DNA of 64,000 nucleotides from Nemertoderma westbladi (taxonomy: Eukaryota; Animalia; Xenacoelomorpha). The DNA is taken from positions 1 to 64,000 of the forward strand of contig JAUCBJ010001929.1 of the NCBI GenBank assembly GCA_032718475.1, written 5' to 3'. Below the pieces are notes generated by a model. That model saw nothing but the letters and a program-made list of their open reading frames with translations, was not told the DNA's origin and did no database searches. Numbering within the stretch: the stretch's first letter is position 1; each line of letters opens with the position of its first letter. The position numbers and the translations under genes were made by a program. Shown piece after piece: positions 13,813 through 25,651 of the stretch.

Positions 13813-14364
13813 CAACATACGGAGTGGGTGTGTGACTATATTATTTTATATTTATTTTTTTTATTTTATATTATGTATGTATTATTATGTAATTTTATTA
13901 TAATCGTTTTCTTTAATTTCATTTAGTAGAATGTTATTTTAGCGATTATTTAGTAGATTAGTGCAATATATTAGCGTTTATTACTTAATTACCTGTATAT
14001 TATATATTTAGTGCGACGGCGAGAAATAATTCTTTTTCTCTTTCCTTACTGTCTGTATTACATTATAAATACGTGACTACAGTAAGATGAAATCTCCGTA
14101 CTTATTAAAGTACAATAAAGCTCCTACTATATTTAAGTATTATTGGTAGGCAGAGTATTAGGAATGCAAAGTTCAGATCCTCGTGTCTCGGCAAAACCAA
14201 GCTCTGGGTAGACCTTGGAAACGACTTGCCTCTTCTCACTGACATTGCTTCGTGCGATATTGCTCTCATACCGTATATTAAATAATACATATAGTAGAGT
14301 GATGTCCCTTTAACAGTAGCGTATAACGCAAAATAAATCTGTTAAACCCTTTGACCATCTGCAA

Positions 14365-14640
14365 TTCTAGTCGATTAAGATATCGCGGCACCCACCGATA
14401 TACTTGAAAGACAAAATTCTAGAAGCAGTGGTTAACGTCCCCAGACTTGTTCGGGAATAAACCGGTGCCCATCCTAAATATTAACTATTAATATTTATAA
14501 AATCTGTCAAATTTCAGATCCTTTAACATTCTAGTCGATTAAGATATCGTAGCACTTACCGATACTCTTAAAAAGACAAAATTCCTAGAATCAAGGATCC
14601 CAGTCCCCAGACTTGTTCTGGAATAAAATTGTGTCTATTT
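14365..14640 (+). repeat. ~162-bp direct repeat pair
   Basis: ATTCTAGTCGATTAAGATATCG...GTCCCCAGACTTGTTC occurs twice. Confidence 0.75.
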
Positions 14641-15592
14641 TAATATTAAATAATAAAATTACGGGAATAAATTTAAATTCATCTTTTAATGAATTTGATA
14701 AATTGTTATTTTATACAATTTATAATATTCCCAAAATTCCATTAATTAATAGATCATGGGAGCGGAGATTCACCTATTAAGTGTGTTAGTGTGCGAGAAT
14801 CTCCAATATAGAGTCAATAGCCGATAAAATTCATAAAATCATATATAAAGATGATATTGACCATGAAAGACTTACTATTAAATAGCATCCCAGATCTGTA
14901 TGCATGAGAATTACTCTAATTCTACCGCTAGCTTTCCATAATGTCACCATAGCAACAACCACGCTAGAATTAGAAGCGAGTTAACAGAACAATAAAAAGC
15001 TTGCTCATTGAATAGCATACGGAATAAATAACACACCGCTAGTATCCAAGGATACATAATAACAACGTGACATTCTGGAAGGCACTTGACTAACGGACAA
15101 ATGACCCGAATGTGTGATAGAATGTGTACCATTTGTGACAGTTATGTGGAATTTGTGCGTTTGTAGGTGAATGTTACTACTAAGGTGTGTTTACAGTAGC
15201 GAGTCGCAATTGTGAAAGTAGCCCTAACTCTCCAGTAAGAACCTGAAGTATATCTAAGCCTTTGGGACGGACGGTGGAGTGACTCGTGCTGGTTGTTGTA
15301 GTCGTTGTGCAGCTACGACGTTGGTGATAGGCACATCGGCGAAAGTACACCAGCGCTGAGGATCTCACACTGTCCGGGGGCAGAGAGGGGTAGGCAGCGA
15401 TGCCCGCTCGCCTAAATATAAACTCATTATAATATGGATAAACTTATATAGCAGATATGATTGAGTTGATAGAAGATGATCTTGGTATCAGGGAGCGATA
15501 CTCTACCTTTACAAGCGTTTGTTGATAGCTTGATACGCGGCGACGCTGGTCCAACCACTACGGAGGACGATGGTCGTTATATCTAACCGCCA

Positions 15593-16978
15593 ATGTCCTG
15601 GGATCAACTTGCGCGTGGGTTGGACTGTAGAAAATTCACCGCTCGCTATACGCATCGTAATGGTACGTATATGGACTTCTTAACTACTGGTCATCCTATC
15701 GACCTACACGATACGAACGATATAGACACCAAAAGGGAAATGGTTTTATTTAAATATCATACCCAGCGAAAGCGGAACGATAAACTGAGACTCGAACACG
15801 AAAATTCTATTCGAAACTGACTCGAAAGTGCAGATGTTGAAGAGCCGGATAAACGCAGCGACTTCACCAAATACCTGGAATTCTTGAGAGAAACCTATCT
15901 CGATATTACCAGTCAACAGAATCTAGAAACTCGATATCTTCAAGGTATACATCATGACCGCATGGTAGAACTCAAACGGCTCTATTCCACTATGATGTAT
16001 CTTACCGCCGATCGACCGCTACCTGTTGTACCGGATAGCTTCGAACAGATGGAGGAATATTGTAAGCTGGAAAAAGATCACTCGCGTTTCCCCTACAAGA
16101 CGTGCGTCTTTGGTATTATTGCGATGAATGCCCTAGACCCAACCAACAAACGGAAAGACCTAAACATCCGCGGAGACGTTGCACTAAACACGGTTTTACT
16201 CGCTATACTGGCGGGAGTTTCGAGCGAAATTTGTTTGACATATCACCTACGCTCGTTCGACTCAGACGATCCTTAAATAAACCAATGATCAGAGTTCCGG
16301 AATACTCGGTCAGACCTCCTCATTCACTAGTGAGACCTCAGACTCTTGATCCTATTAGTATGACGGATCCTCCCGAGCTGTACTCACTGTTCAAAGATCT
16401 AGTGTTACCTGAACAATTAGTCGGTGGCACCCCGGTTGTGGGCTTCCTAGATATTAGCCCATCCTACCTAGCCGGATTGGGACGCGGACATTTAATATCG
16501 CCGTTTAACCCTTACCATCGTCCCGGCTTAACACGATATAACCTGTCACCGAAGTGGCGGAGAGCGTTGTACCAAATGAGTTAGACGCTATTCTACAAAG
16601 ATCAGAAAAGGAACTTACGCTTGTTCAGATAAACATAAATTGCACTAGCAAGTCCAAGCGGTAAACAAAGCAACTTTATCTCAGTTCGATTGGGAAATCC
16701 AGAATCTCTAAGAAGTTATCGAACTTGGACGACCCTATTCTCTGCGAGAATTTTTGGATGAACGTATCCAGCTACGAGCGGAGGAAAATCAGCTCGAGGA
16801 GAAGCATATCGAAATGGCGGATACCCCGACCATAATCCTATACCTTCTGATGCAATCATATTGCACCCTTCACCCAGGAGTTATGGCCCTCCTAGTAAAG
16901 TGGCTCCCCCCAAAGAGAAAAGGACTCTTTCTAGCTTTAAAAAACTGCGTAAACGCCGTCCACGCAAGACAGACTAAC
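15593..16978 (+). pseudogene. Orphan accessory ORF inside the LTR element, broken by stops and frameshifts
   Basis: ORFs 15593-15820 and 15884-16276 share a frame and are separated by one TGA. Coding-like, CpG-containing sequence continues to ~16980. No family recognised. Confidence 0.5.
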
Positions 16979-17055
16979 TGTTTAGAGTATTTTTATATTT
17001 TAGAAACTGTGATTTTTTATATTTTATAGAATTAAATCCCATTTTCTGGGAGCGG

Positions 17056-18242
17056 TGTAAAAGCTTTTGTGGGATATAACTGGCCCTTTTGCTTCGCAAT
17101 CCAGTTTCCCTTAATGCGCTCAAATACTCTAAAGAAAAACTCCCTAACTCAAATGATGCAAGCTACCGGCTGATTGGCTGATTTGCTGTACGTATGGCCT
17201 CTTTGTTCTGTTCGATCAACCAACCAGAGCAAGGTCAACCAAGCAGAGTGATTCATCCTGTGTGTTGGCTAAGGGCTGCAAAAACCCGAATAGTTCGGCA
17301 TTTAGACATTCGTGGAATCTGTGGAATATGGAGCTCTGCCAATGAGAGCTTTTCCTCTTTGTGTTGAAAGCTACCTGCAACAGCTCATAGGGTTCAGTGT
17401 GTTGGTTTTTCCAGAGCCTAGAACATCGGCTATGGAATTATTCTGAATTATTCCAACATTAGAACGACTTTAATTATAAGAACACATAACTGTTACCGAC
17501 GGCACGGTACGGTACGAATTGGTACGGTACGGTACGGTCTGATGTACGGCACGTATTGCATATTATTTACTGCTATTTACTGTTTGTTATTGATTGTATC
17601 AGTTGTTTACATATTGTTATTTGGAGAATAACGATAAACGATCAGAAACCCCGATCTTCTTGATACACTAAGGTTAGAGAGACCGGTTACATATAGCAAT
17701 TGCGACTTATATTATCGTGGTTTGTAGTGAATTGAATGCTATTTTATAGGGCCTACAAATGTCGGTTGCTATTCTCTTTATATATGATTAAAATCAGTGA
17801 CTATCGGCAATTCAGTGTGCAGCGGTGTACAATAGTCTGTATGTGCTTGTCCGCGTAACAAAGCATCTCCTAAAGAATGCGCCTTATGTGTAACTTATAA
17901 TCCATTCCGTTGTGTTTAGTGTAAGCCATAGCTCTGTTTATATAGATAGAGCGCCACGTCCTAAAGGAACTGCTAATATTTCCCGAAAGTGAATGATATT
18001 TGTCAGGAATTATATTAACGATCAATCGAATAGTACGGTAGGCCTGCACCGCAATCAAATTAAAGCATCCGAATCCAGTCTCCCGGGTATATCCAGCGGG
18101 TGAATGGTCGCGCATAGACTGGCTTCGGCTAATGTTGGATTTATTTGTGTCAAATACTTGTCATAGGCTAAAGTCGATTTATAACCTAGAAGACATATAG
18201 ATTTGGCGGGTTAAACTGCCAAAGGTCTTAAAAGCGCGAACA
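17056..18242 (+). repeat. 3' LTR (1187 bp)
   Basis: Direct repeat of 5810-6777 plus an extra segment at ~17957-18176; followed by TSD CACTG. Confidence 0.93.
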
Positions 18243-18448
18243 CACTGGTATGTCCAGGTGCACCCATTATAGGAAGGGATCTAGGGGTCTTTACCTGGAA
18301 TGATAAGTTTATTTTACCGAAAATAACTTATCTTTTATTGGCGCAATTGTAGGACTAATCCCATCACATGCGTACTTTTTAACCGGGTAGTGTACAAATT
18401 TAGGAATCGCGTATTTTTTCTTGAAATTAATATCTCATATCTCTCCAA

Positions 18449-18491
18449 ACCACGTACGCGTTTCGACTTTACTGGGTCTCATCAGCGTGGT
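18449..18491 (-). ncRNA. Minimal type I hammerhead ribozyme
   Basis: Minus strand reads ACCACG-CTGATGA-GAC(ccagtaaa)GTC-GAAA-CGCG-TA-CGTGGT. Stem I is perfect, stem III is palindromic, cleavage triplet GUA. Confidence 0.8.
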
Positions 18492-18704
18492 GTCGGATTC
18501 GAACCTTCTTATTTTCGGTAAATTAAACTTATCATTCGAGGTAAAGACCCCTAGATCCCTTCCTATAATAAATGCATAATAACAAACACCTCGAAAAATA
18601 CAGCTTGCCAACACATTGTTACTATCAATAATCAAAAAATCAGGGGCTAATATAATGGCAGCTGGCTTTGAAATTAATACTCCATATCGTATCTCAAGAA
18701 CCTG

Positions 18705-18757
18705 TGGCCTAGTGGTTGTAGTCTCGGCTTCCACCTCAAGGTCCCAGGTTCGAATCC
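18705..18757 (+). promoter_or_regulatory. tRNA-derived internal Pol III promoter (A and B boxes)
   Basis: TGGCCTAGTGG (18705-18715) and GGTTCGAATCC (18747-18757) with tRNA-like spacing; no acceptor stem. Confidence 0.75.
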
Positions 18758-18760
18758 GAC

Positions 18761-18803
18761 ACCATGCTGATGAGACCCAGTAAGGTCGAAACGCGTATGT
18801 GGT
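18761..18803 (+). ncRNA. Minimal type I hammerhead ribozyme
   Basis: ACCATG-CTGATGA-GACC(cagtaa)GGTC-GAAA-CGCG-TA-TGTGGT; stem I has two G-U pairs. Confidence 0.78.
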
Positions 18804-18940
18804 TTTGAGAGATATGAGATATTAATTTCAAAAAAATTACGCGATTCTTAAATTTGTACACTACCCAGTTAAAAAGTACGCATGTGATGGGATTAGTCCT
18901 ACAATTGCGCAATAAAAGATAAGTTATTTTCGGTAAAATA

Positions 18941-18983
18941 AACTTGCTGATGAGACCCAGTAAGGTCGAAACGCGTACGTGGT
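18941..18983 (+). ncRNA. Hammerhead core, second tandem copy; stem I 5' arm disrupted
   Basis: CTGATGAGACCCAGTAAGGTCGAAACGCGTACGTGGT, 180 nt after the first copy. Confidence 0.65.
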
Positions 18984-19220
18984 TTGGAGAGATATGAGAT
19001 ATTAATTTCAAAAAAATTACGCGATTCTTAAATTTGTACACTACCCAGTTAAAAAGTACGCATGTGATGGGATTAGTCCTACAATTGCGCCAATAAAAGA
19101 TAAGTTATTTTCGGTAAAATAAACTATCATTCGAGGTTAAGACCCCTAAATCCCTTCCTATAATAAATGCATAATAACAAACACCTCGAAAAATACAGCT
19201 TGCCAACACATTGTTACTAT

Positions 19221-19600
19221 CAGGTGCATCCAGGCAGAATGGGATTATCTCCTCTGTGTAGTAGAAACTGTTGAAGAGGAACTCACCCCAATTCGTAATG
19301 CTGGCCTACGCAGCTACATCCCTGCCCAGTTTGGCACTGCCTCTGGTTCAGTCGAGGATGACCTTATCCTACTTCCTGTTTGCCGTGGAGGCATTGAGCT
19401 GCGCGACCCCCTGATCAGGAGAGGGCCAGCCAGGACAGCGTCATTGAGTGGAACCTCACTCTTCACAGAGGCAATCACATCTCGGATGCCTCTCCAGGTA
19501 ACTGACCATGAGATGCGCCTCCATGAGGAGTTGAGAATGCAACGCGAAGAACTAAATACTCAATACAAACTCCAGCAAGAGTCTGCTATTGCAACCCTTC
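19221..19600 (+). mobile_element. CRE-clade remnant, part 2
   Basis: RCIQAEWDYLL..IPAQFG..LLPVCRGGIELRDP continues the ORF interrupted at 5809. Confidence 0.75.
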
Positions 19601-20112
19601 CTTGGGTTATGCTTTGTAAACAATTCGTATCTTTTACATTGAGTTTACGTGCTTCTAATAAATTGTGCATTCGCTTGTTAGCTAATCTAACGGAATTTGA
19701 TTGTAGAACGAGAACTGGGTTAAATCTAAGGCGCATTGACTATGTTTGTAATATTGATAATCTATTTAACCTAAATGCTAAATGTGTTTCGTCTGTGTTG
19801 GTATATTCTAGAACTTCTAGCGATAACTTGTGGCGAATTGGTGTATGTAAGGATCTATGTAATGTACTCGCCGGAGATAATATGTATGTTGAAGGCTTCT
19901 CCAGAGTAGAGTTACTTGATATTGTGAATTACGTCTCATCTTATTAAGCGTTCATCATTCCTCTTATTAATTTTAGTGGTATTATATTACTTACCTAATA
20001 TAGACTTTTGTGCTAGGTTATATAACCATTACTTTCATTATTGGTGTACTGTGCATTATTCATATATATATATTTGATTTGCCATGTACGAATATAAATA
20101 AAATAAATAAAA
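19600..20112 (+). mobile_element. 3' end of a 5'-truncated LINE (RTE-X-like)
   Basis: DCRTRTGLNLRRI..WRIGVCKDL..GFSRVELLDIVNYV* followed by an (AAAT)n tail at ~20095-20112. Confidence 0.5.
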
Positions 20113-20462
20113 TTGAAGATTATCTCGTCGTTTTTTAATGGTGGTGATGAAACAAGATCAAAGACTATATGAACTATATATACTAAACAGTATATAATAC
20201 TAACCATATAATATATTTATCAATTAACATTTAAAAAAACAATTTAGTTAATTGGTGATGTTCCAGAAAAAAAAAAAAATATTTATTATATCAGGATATT
20301 TATATTTTTTGACCACTCGAATCACAAACTCTCTACCTTGTGAAGGTGTCATGATATTTGCTTTAAGTTTGTAGTTGTTTTTACTTTGAGTTCTTTCACT
20401 ATAGCCATTACTCCACTGCCAATGTTGAGTCAAGACTTCGTTGGACTGAGTAATACGACTAC

Positions 20463-21289
20463 GATGGCTTGAAAGAGATGATAGCGACTGCCAAGCATGG
20501 TAATGAGGTTTTGGAACCATCTGCATTCCACAATTGGAATAATAAAAAGACAGCTTCTGTTAAATTACATTCCTCATCTTGTGGATATTGTCGAAATCAA
20601 GTTTGTAAATGGGTCTAGCCATACATCATGACATGTTTTGGCAAAGAGAGTATGAGTGTTCTGTCTTTACAAACGAAATGTAAATATAAACAACTATGCC
20701 AATGTATAATCGAAGAGGTAAAACATGAGGTAATAAGGCAATGTATATAGTATTGAGACGGTAAAATTATATCACAATAACAGAGTCAATGTTCACAGTA
20801 CCGGTATAAAATACAGACCTAAGAAGCAGTACGGGCCAACCAGGCCAACATACAAGTATGCTCAGTTCTATACAGTAGATACCATAAAGGCACACAGCCA
20901 AACCTGGTGGCGCTAGGCCTACATAACATGAAGAAGGTTGAGCGCAGAATAAGTAGTAAAAAGAAACTATCCTTGTCAAGGAAGTCTCTTTTTTTGTAGT
21001 TTCTTTTTACTACTGTATTCTGCGCTCAACCTTCTTCATGTTATGTAGGCCTAGTTGTTTATAGTTATATTTCGTTTGTAAAGACAGAAGACTCATACTC
21101 TCTTTACCGAAACGTGTGATGTATGGCATAAGGGTAGACCCATTTACAAACTTGATTTCGACAATATCCGGCGCGATGAGGAATGTGTGGAATTAATTTA
21201 ACAGAAGCTGTCTTTTTATTTTTCCACCCCATATGGTTCCAAAACCTCATTACCATGCTTGGCAGTCTCTATCATCTCTTTCAAGCCAT
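20463..21289. repeat. Imperfect foldback (long inverted repeat)
   Basis: 20463-20697 is the reverse complement of ~21053-21289. An inner pair lies at ~20912-20960 and ~21003-21053. Confidence 0.8.
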
Positions 21290-22382
21290 CACTGCTTACC
21301 AGGCCAGTGCCGGTTTTAAGCTAAACTTCATAAAAATGACCACATTAAATAAAATTGTACAGATGGCTAAACTCTATATTGTTAAATAAAAATGTGCTGG
21401 TACAAAATATCAGAATAATTCATTAAAGTTTGACACGTATATCGCACTACCACTGGACGCAAAACCCGCCTTGGCGAATTAATATCCCGCCTCAATGTTA
21501 AATTCTCAATTTAGGGAAAGGAGCAGGTTACAGTGGCACGTTATTTTAACCAAAACAATAAACTAAACACAATAGTAGAAGAAGTTGCAGTTTTATTTTT
21601 GAGTGTAACTCATCTGTTATTTGCGTCCAATTTCCCCTGGAGAGGGATGAATTTTTATTGCGTCCAGTTTCCCCCCCTATCTGGATACGGTATGGGGTTT
21701 GGGAATACACAACTTCCAAACCCTATGCGATGTCGGCACTTTAATAAATAAATAAATTGGGATTTATCTGTGAATGCAAATGTAATTAGTAGGAATATTG
21801 CCCTCGGCACATGGCATTATCATAAAGTAGAAGCGGATATTTATTTAAACTGTGGGTAGAAATTCTCGTCAGATATTAATTAAACAATTTCCATTTATTT
21901 ACAGTAATAAACCTTGCGTAATGCGATTCATATATCCATATGTGAATAATGATGTTTAAAATTCAAATATAATATATGATCTCAATGCGCCTATTCTGCA
22001 TTTCCAACCGATTTTTGCTTTAGTGTAAATGTTTTGGCGAAATTCCATCATACCATACGATCTAACAATGACCCTGTCGCAAAGTGTCAAAAATGTAGGC
22101 TATATAGAAAATCAATCCTGATAATATTTATTATACCTGTGTTCAACGTAATTAATACAAATGTAAATAGAATTGAAGAATAATATGAAAAGTAAATAAA
22201 TTCATTAGAAAAAACCCTCTTCATTATTATTATATATTTATATTTCCTTCTGATCTACACTCAAATTCGTGTTTCAGTCTGCACGGCACGCCCATTGCGC
22301 ATTGCCCACATACATCCCCCAAAACACTTCTTTATTTTTATTGTATCTTTTTTCCATTTAATAAGTGCTGACATCGCCTGGG

Positions 22383-22481
22383 CCCATACGGTCTCAGCAC
22401 TGAGTTCCTTATCACAACTGCTGATCTCTGATTGGTTCTTAATTCAGGTTGAATTACATTGCCAGTGCCGAGACGGTATGG
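22383..22481. repeat. Small inverted-repeat element (MITE-like)
   Basis: CCCATACGGTCTCAGCACTG ... CAGTGCCGAGACGGTATGGG, 18 of 20 positions complementary. Confidence 0.55.
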
Positions 22482-23305
22482 GGTTTGTAAATATGCTACC
22501 ATTCACCCCATGTATGATATTATGGTGTGAACAAATATTGTTTTTACTCTATATATAAGTTAATTAAAATTCATTAATTAATTTGCTGAGCAGAAAATAA
22601 TTATTAGTCAATTTTACATTTGTTTTGCAAATTTGCTACATTAAATTATACATTTGTTACAAAGTGAGGAGCCATCGGGTTGTCAGTTTATCGTGTCTCA
22701 CACGTTAACCGATCACTGTACTTTTACTTTAATTTTACACTATAATAGATTGTCAATGTTGGAACAGGCGTCAAAAATGAGAGATGTAAATGTAAAATCT
22801 CCATATCCCGACAATTAATCAATTTGAGAAGCAATAAATTACATTCTTAGAATTGTCATTAAATTCTAAAAAACTGTTTTTCTTTAGCCTATAAAACTTA
22901 AACCCCCCTCACCTTAAAATTAAGTTACTATACTAAACTAATCAGATACTAAGTTCTCCTAAAAATTGTGTAGCTCATTGCAAAGCATTTTTTCCTTTGA
23001 CTCCACACTAGAACCTGATTAGCCCTTTTCTGGCATTGCATTACATACCAGACATTACAATGAGGTCTGAATTGGGGACTTCCCTCGTTGCTATAAAACT
23101 TATTTAAATAAAACAAAAAATATATTTCTGCCACTAGGGCGGTTGCCGTTATTCCCGACACCATGGGGGAAAACGCCGATGCTGGAGGCGGAACTTTTAA
23201 ACCACGGAATTCCGGCCAGTCACCGGATATTGGAAGTGGAGAAGGAATACTTTCTTAAATGCAAGATTGTGGTTGAGAAAAAGTTGCATTGGTTGGATAT
23301 AATCT

Positions 23306-25651
23306 TTAATGTAACTTCCCTACGTAGTGACCTGTTCCGAGACACCGGAAGCATCCTCGGTGTTTCATTATCGTCTCGAAGCGTGGAACGAGTTCAGCAA
23401 ACTGGAACTTTCTGCAGAATTCCACCTTATGTTTCTCTCCGCAGAAGAGACATAGAAGGGAGGTTGTGGTGCCTTCCCTTTCGGGTGCCCAATTCGCTAG
23501 ATAACACGCCCATTCCTCGGCTGATGTCGGTTCCTCGTAGTCCTCGTCGTCAGAATCCTCGGCCATGGTGATGGCCATCGTACTCACCGGAGGGGGACGG
23601 AATCTCGGTTTCGGAGTGGGTGCCCTGCTCCTAGAGTTGTTCTCTATTCCGTCTAACTTGGAGAGACTTTGTTTGGAGAACATCGAGTCATTCATGGCTT
23701 CAGAGATATCTAGGAATGCCGACATTTTGAGGAAACTGGGATCCCGATCTGGGTGTCTGCATCGGAGATCTACGCATTTATATGCTCATTTGCTTTGCAG
23801 CCATCCGGGGAACTTTTGGGCAATCTGTCGGAGGTTTAAAATGTTGTTTACTTGTTCCTCCTTGTTTAATGGTTTTAAAGTGTAGTAGGCATCTTTCATA
23901 GAGTCTGAGAACTCTTGGATATTCTGTGGGTCCCCTAGGGATCCAGCGTCCTGTATCAGTTTCTCGAGCGTCTTATTAATTATAGTTCCAATGTTTCCGT
24001 ATCTTTTATCTAGAGTTTTCCATGCGTCGTGGTACGCTTCGTGAGATCCTCCTTCGAAACATTTAATGATTCGACGTGGTTTGTCGCCCAGGTATTGGGA
24101 TAAATATACCAGTTTTTGTGCATCGGTTATATCCGTTGACCCGATCTGAGCGAAGAACCATTTCTTAAATCCGAGGTAATCGACGGGGTCTCCCTCGAAG
24201 GTGCGGATCTCCATCTTGGGCATAGCCAGGCGGTTTTCCAAGGCTCGGATGATGCCGACGTCGTCTGAACTGGAATGACTAGGAGGATTGTAATTACCAA
24301 CACTCTCTCCCATGCACGATGGATCGATGAGAGGTAGAGTTTTAATGATGACGCGGTTACGGATTTTTGGTGTGGATGTGAACAGACTGTTGGATCGAGG
24401 GGTGGCATCCCGTTCCGAGTCCTTTTCAGGCTCGTACTGGGGAGCGCTCGGTGCCGTGGGATTGGATGGGAAATAAGGTTCCTCATTTTTAAGCGTAGCC
24501 GGTGGGGGGTGGAATACCGGTGCTTGTGCCGATAACGCGGACCGTATGGTTGGCAGAAACTCAGGTTTCGGGGGTTCCGCAGCTGGTGGTGTAAATGACT
24601 TTTCTAACTCCGGGACCGGAATTGGTTCATAGTCCTGTTCTATACCCCTTTCCCAGTCCTCGTATAGTTGAAGGTCCCATTCTATGAGGGCAGCTTCGTA
24701 GTCTGCGAGTTTGGCAATATCCGCGTTCTTCTTGTGAATAAGAATCGCTTGGGCCTTGGTGTTCCGTTTACGCATTTCGGCCTCTTGTTTACGTATTTCG
24801 GCCTGTTGTTCGGCCTCTCGTTTACATAGTTCGGCCCGTTGTTCGGCCTCTTGTTTATTCCTTTCGGCCTGTTGTTCGGCCTCTTGTTTATTCCTTTCGG
24901 CCTGTTGTTCGGCCTCTTGTTTATTCCTTTCGGCCTTGTTGTTTATGTTTTTCGGCCTCTATTTCGGCCTCTTGCTTTTGTCGTTCGGCCTCTATTTCGG
25001 CCTCTTGTTTATGTCTTTCCTCCGCCAGTGCATCCTGTTCAATCTGCAGTTGGACATATTCGTCTTCCATTCGAGCTTTAAGGGCCAATGCCCTCTGTTC
25101 TCGTAGCTGATCTCGGAGTGGTTGACCCCCTTGAGAACTGCGCGCTGAACCAGATATCTCGCTCCTAGCGCTGGAGTGCTAGTGCCTCGAGGACCCAGTT
25201 CTTTTTCGCTGAACCACGGTCCTGGTTCCGGAGGTCTGTACCGATTCTGCGTACGCCCTTTCAGTTGTTTATAATACTGTTCCTCGTAGCCTCTTACGAG
25301 GCTGAGTGTCCTCCGATGTTGCTTGCGGAACTGCTTGCGGTTGCTTGTGACGTGTTCTTCGAGTCTGGGGTAGTTTCCCAGATCGGTTGTGGGAATGAGT
25401 TCCTGATATGCCTGTATCATCCTTTCATATCGTTGTAAGATACTTCGGATATTCTGTAATTGAGTCTGTATATCGCTGAGGGGGGTCTCGGCTCCCTTTA
25501 GTTGTTTCTCGATGCAGTGGTATGCTCGAGTCACTCCGCCTTTGAGAGCTCCCAGTCGACGGGCCATGTTCTTCACATTCGGTACTTCTTCGGTTTCCGA
25601 GTCTGTGTGGGGGTCCATTTCATCAGTATCGGAGACGTTATTCGTCGTCAT
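23306..25651 (-). pseudogene. BEL gag, frameshifted and truncated in the second Zn knuckle
   Basis: ARRLGALKGGVTR, coiled-coil repeats, PKMEIRTFEGDP..QKLVYLSQYLG..AWKTLDKRYGN, CLFCGEKHKVEFC, CFRCLGTGH. Confidence 0.85.

Larger units (their letters stand above)
5810..18242 (+). mobile_element. BEL/Pao-like LTR retrotransposon lacking RT and integrase (12.4 kb)
   Basis: Two TG...CA LTRs, TSD CACTG (5805-5809 and 18243-18247), purine tract GGGAGCGG before the 3' LTR, BEL-type gag and protease inside. Confidence 0.92.
18263..19220 (+). mobile_element. Non-autonomous tRNA-headed hammerhead retroposon (retrozyme/Sm-alpha-like) in inverted-plus-tandem arrangement
   Basis: TSD CAGGTGCA (18255-18262 and 19221-19228). 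Inverted copy 18263-18505, A/B boxes 18705-18757, 180-bp internal duplication, three hammerhead cores. Confidence 0.8.

Noticed and set aside
18700-18770. tRNA gene (Gly-like TCC loop)
   Set aside because: A and B boxes are present but there is no acceptor stem; it runs into a hammerhead, so it is a SINE-type head.
19444-19947. 167-aa ORF as a single gene
   Set aside because: Chance in-frame join of a CRE remnant and another LINE's 3' end.
23143-23571. Duplicated plus-strand ORFs (also 26046-26249)
   Set aside because: Antisense reading of the LTR/PBS duplication.
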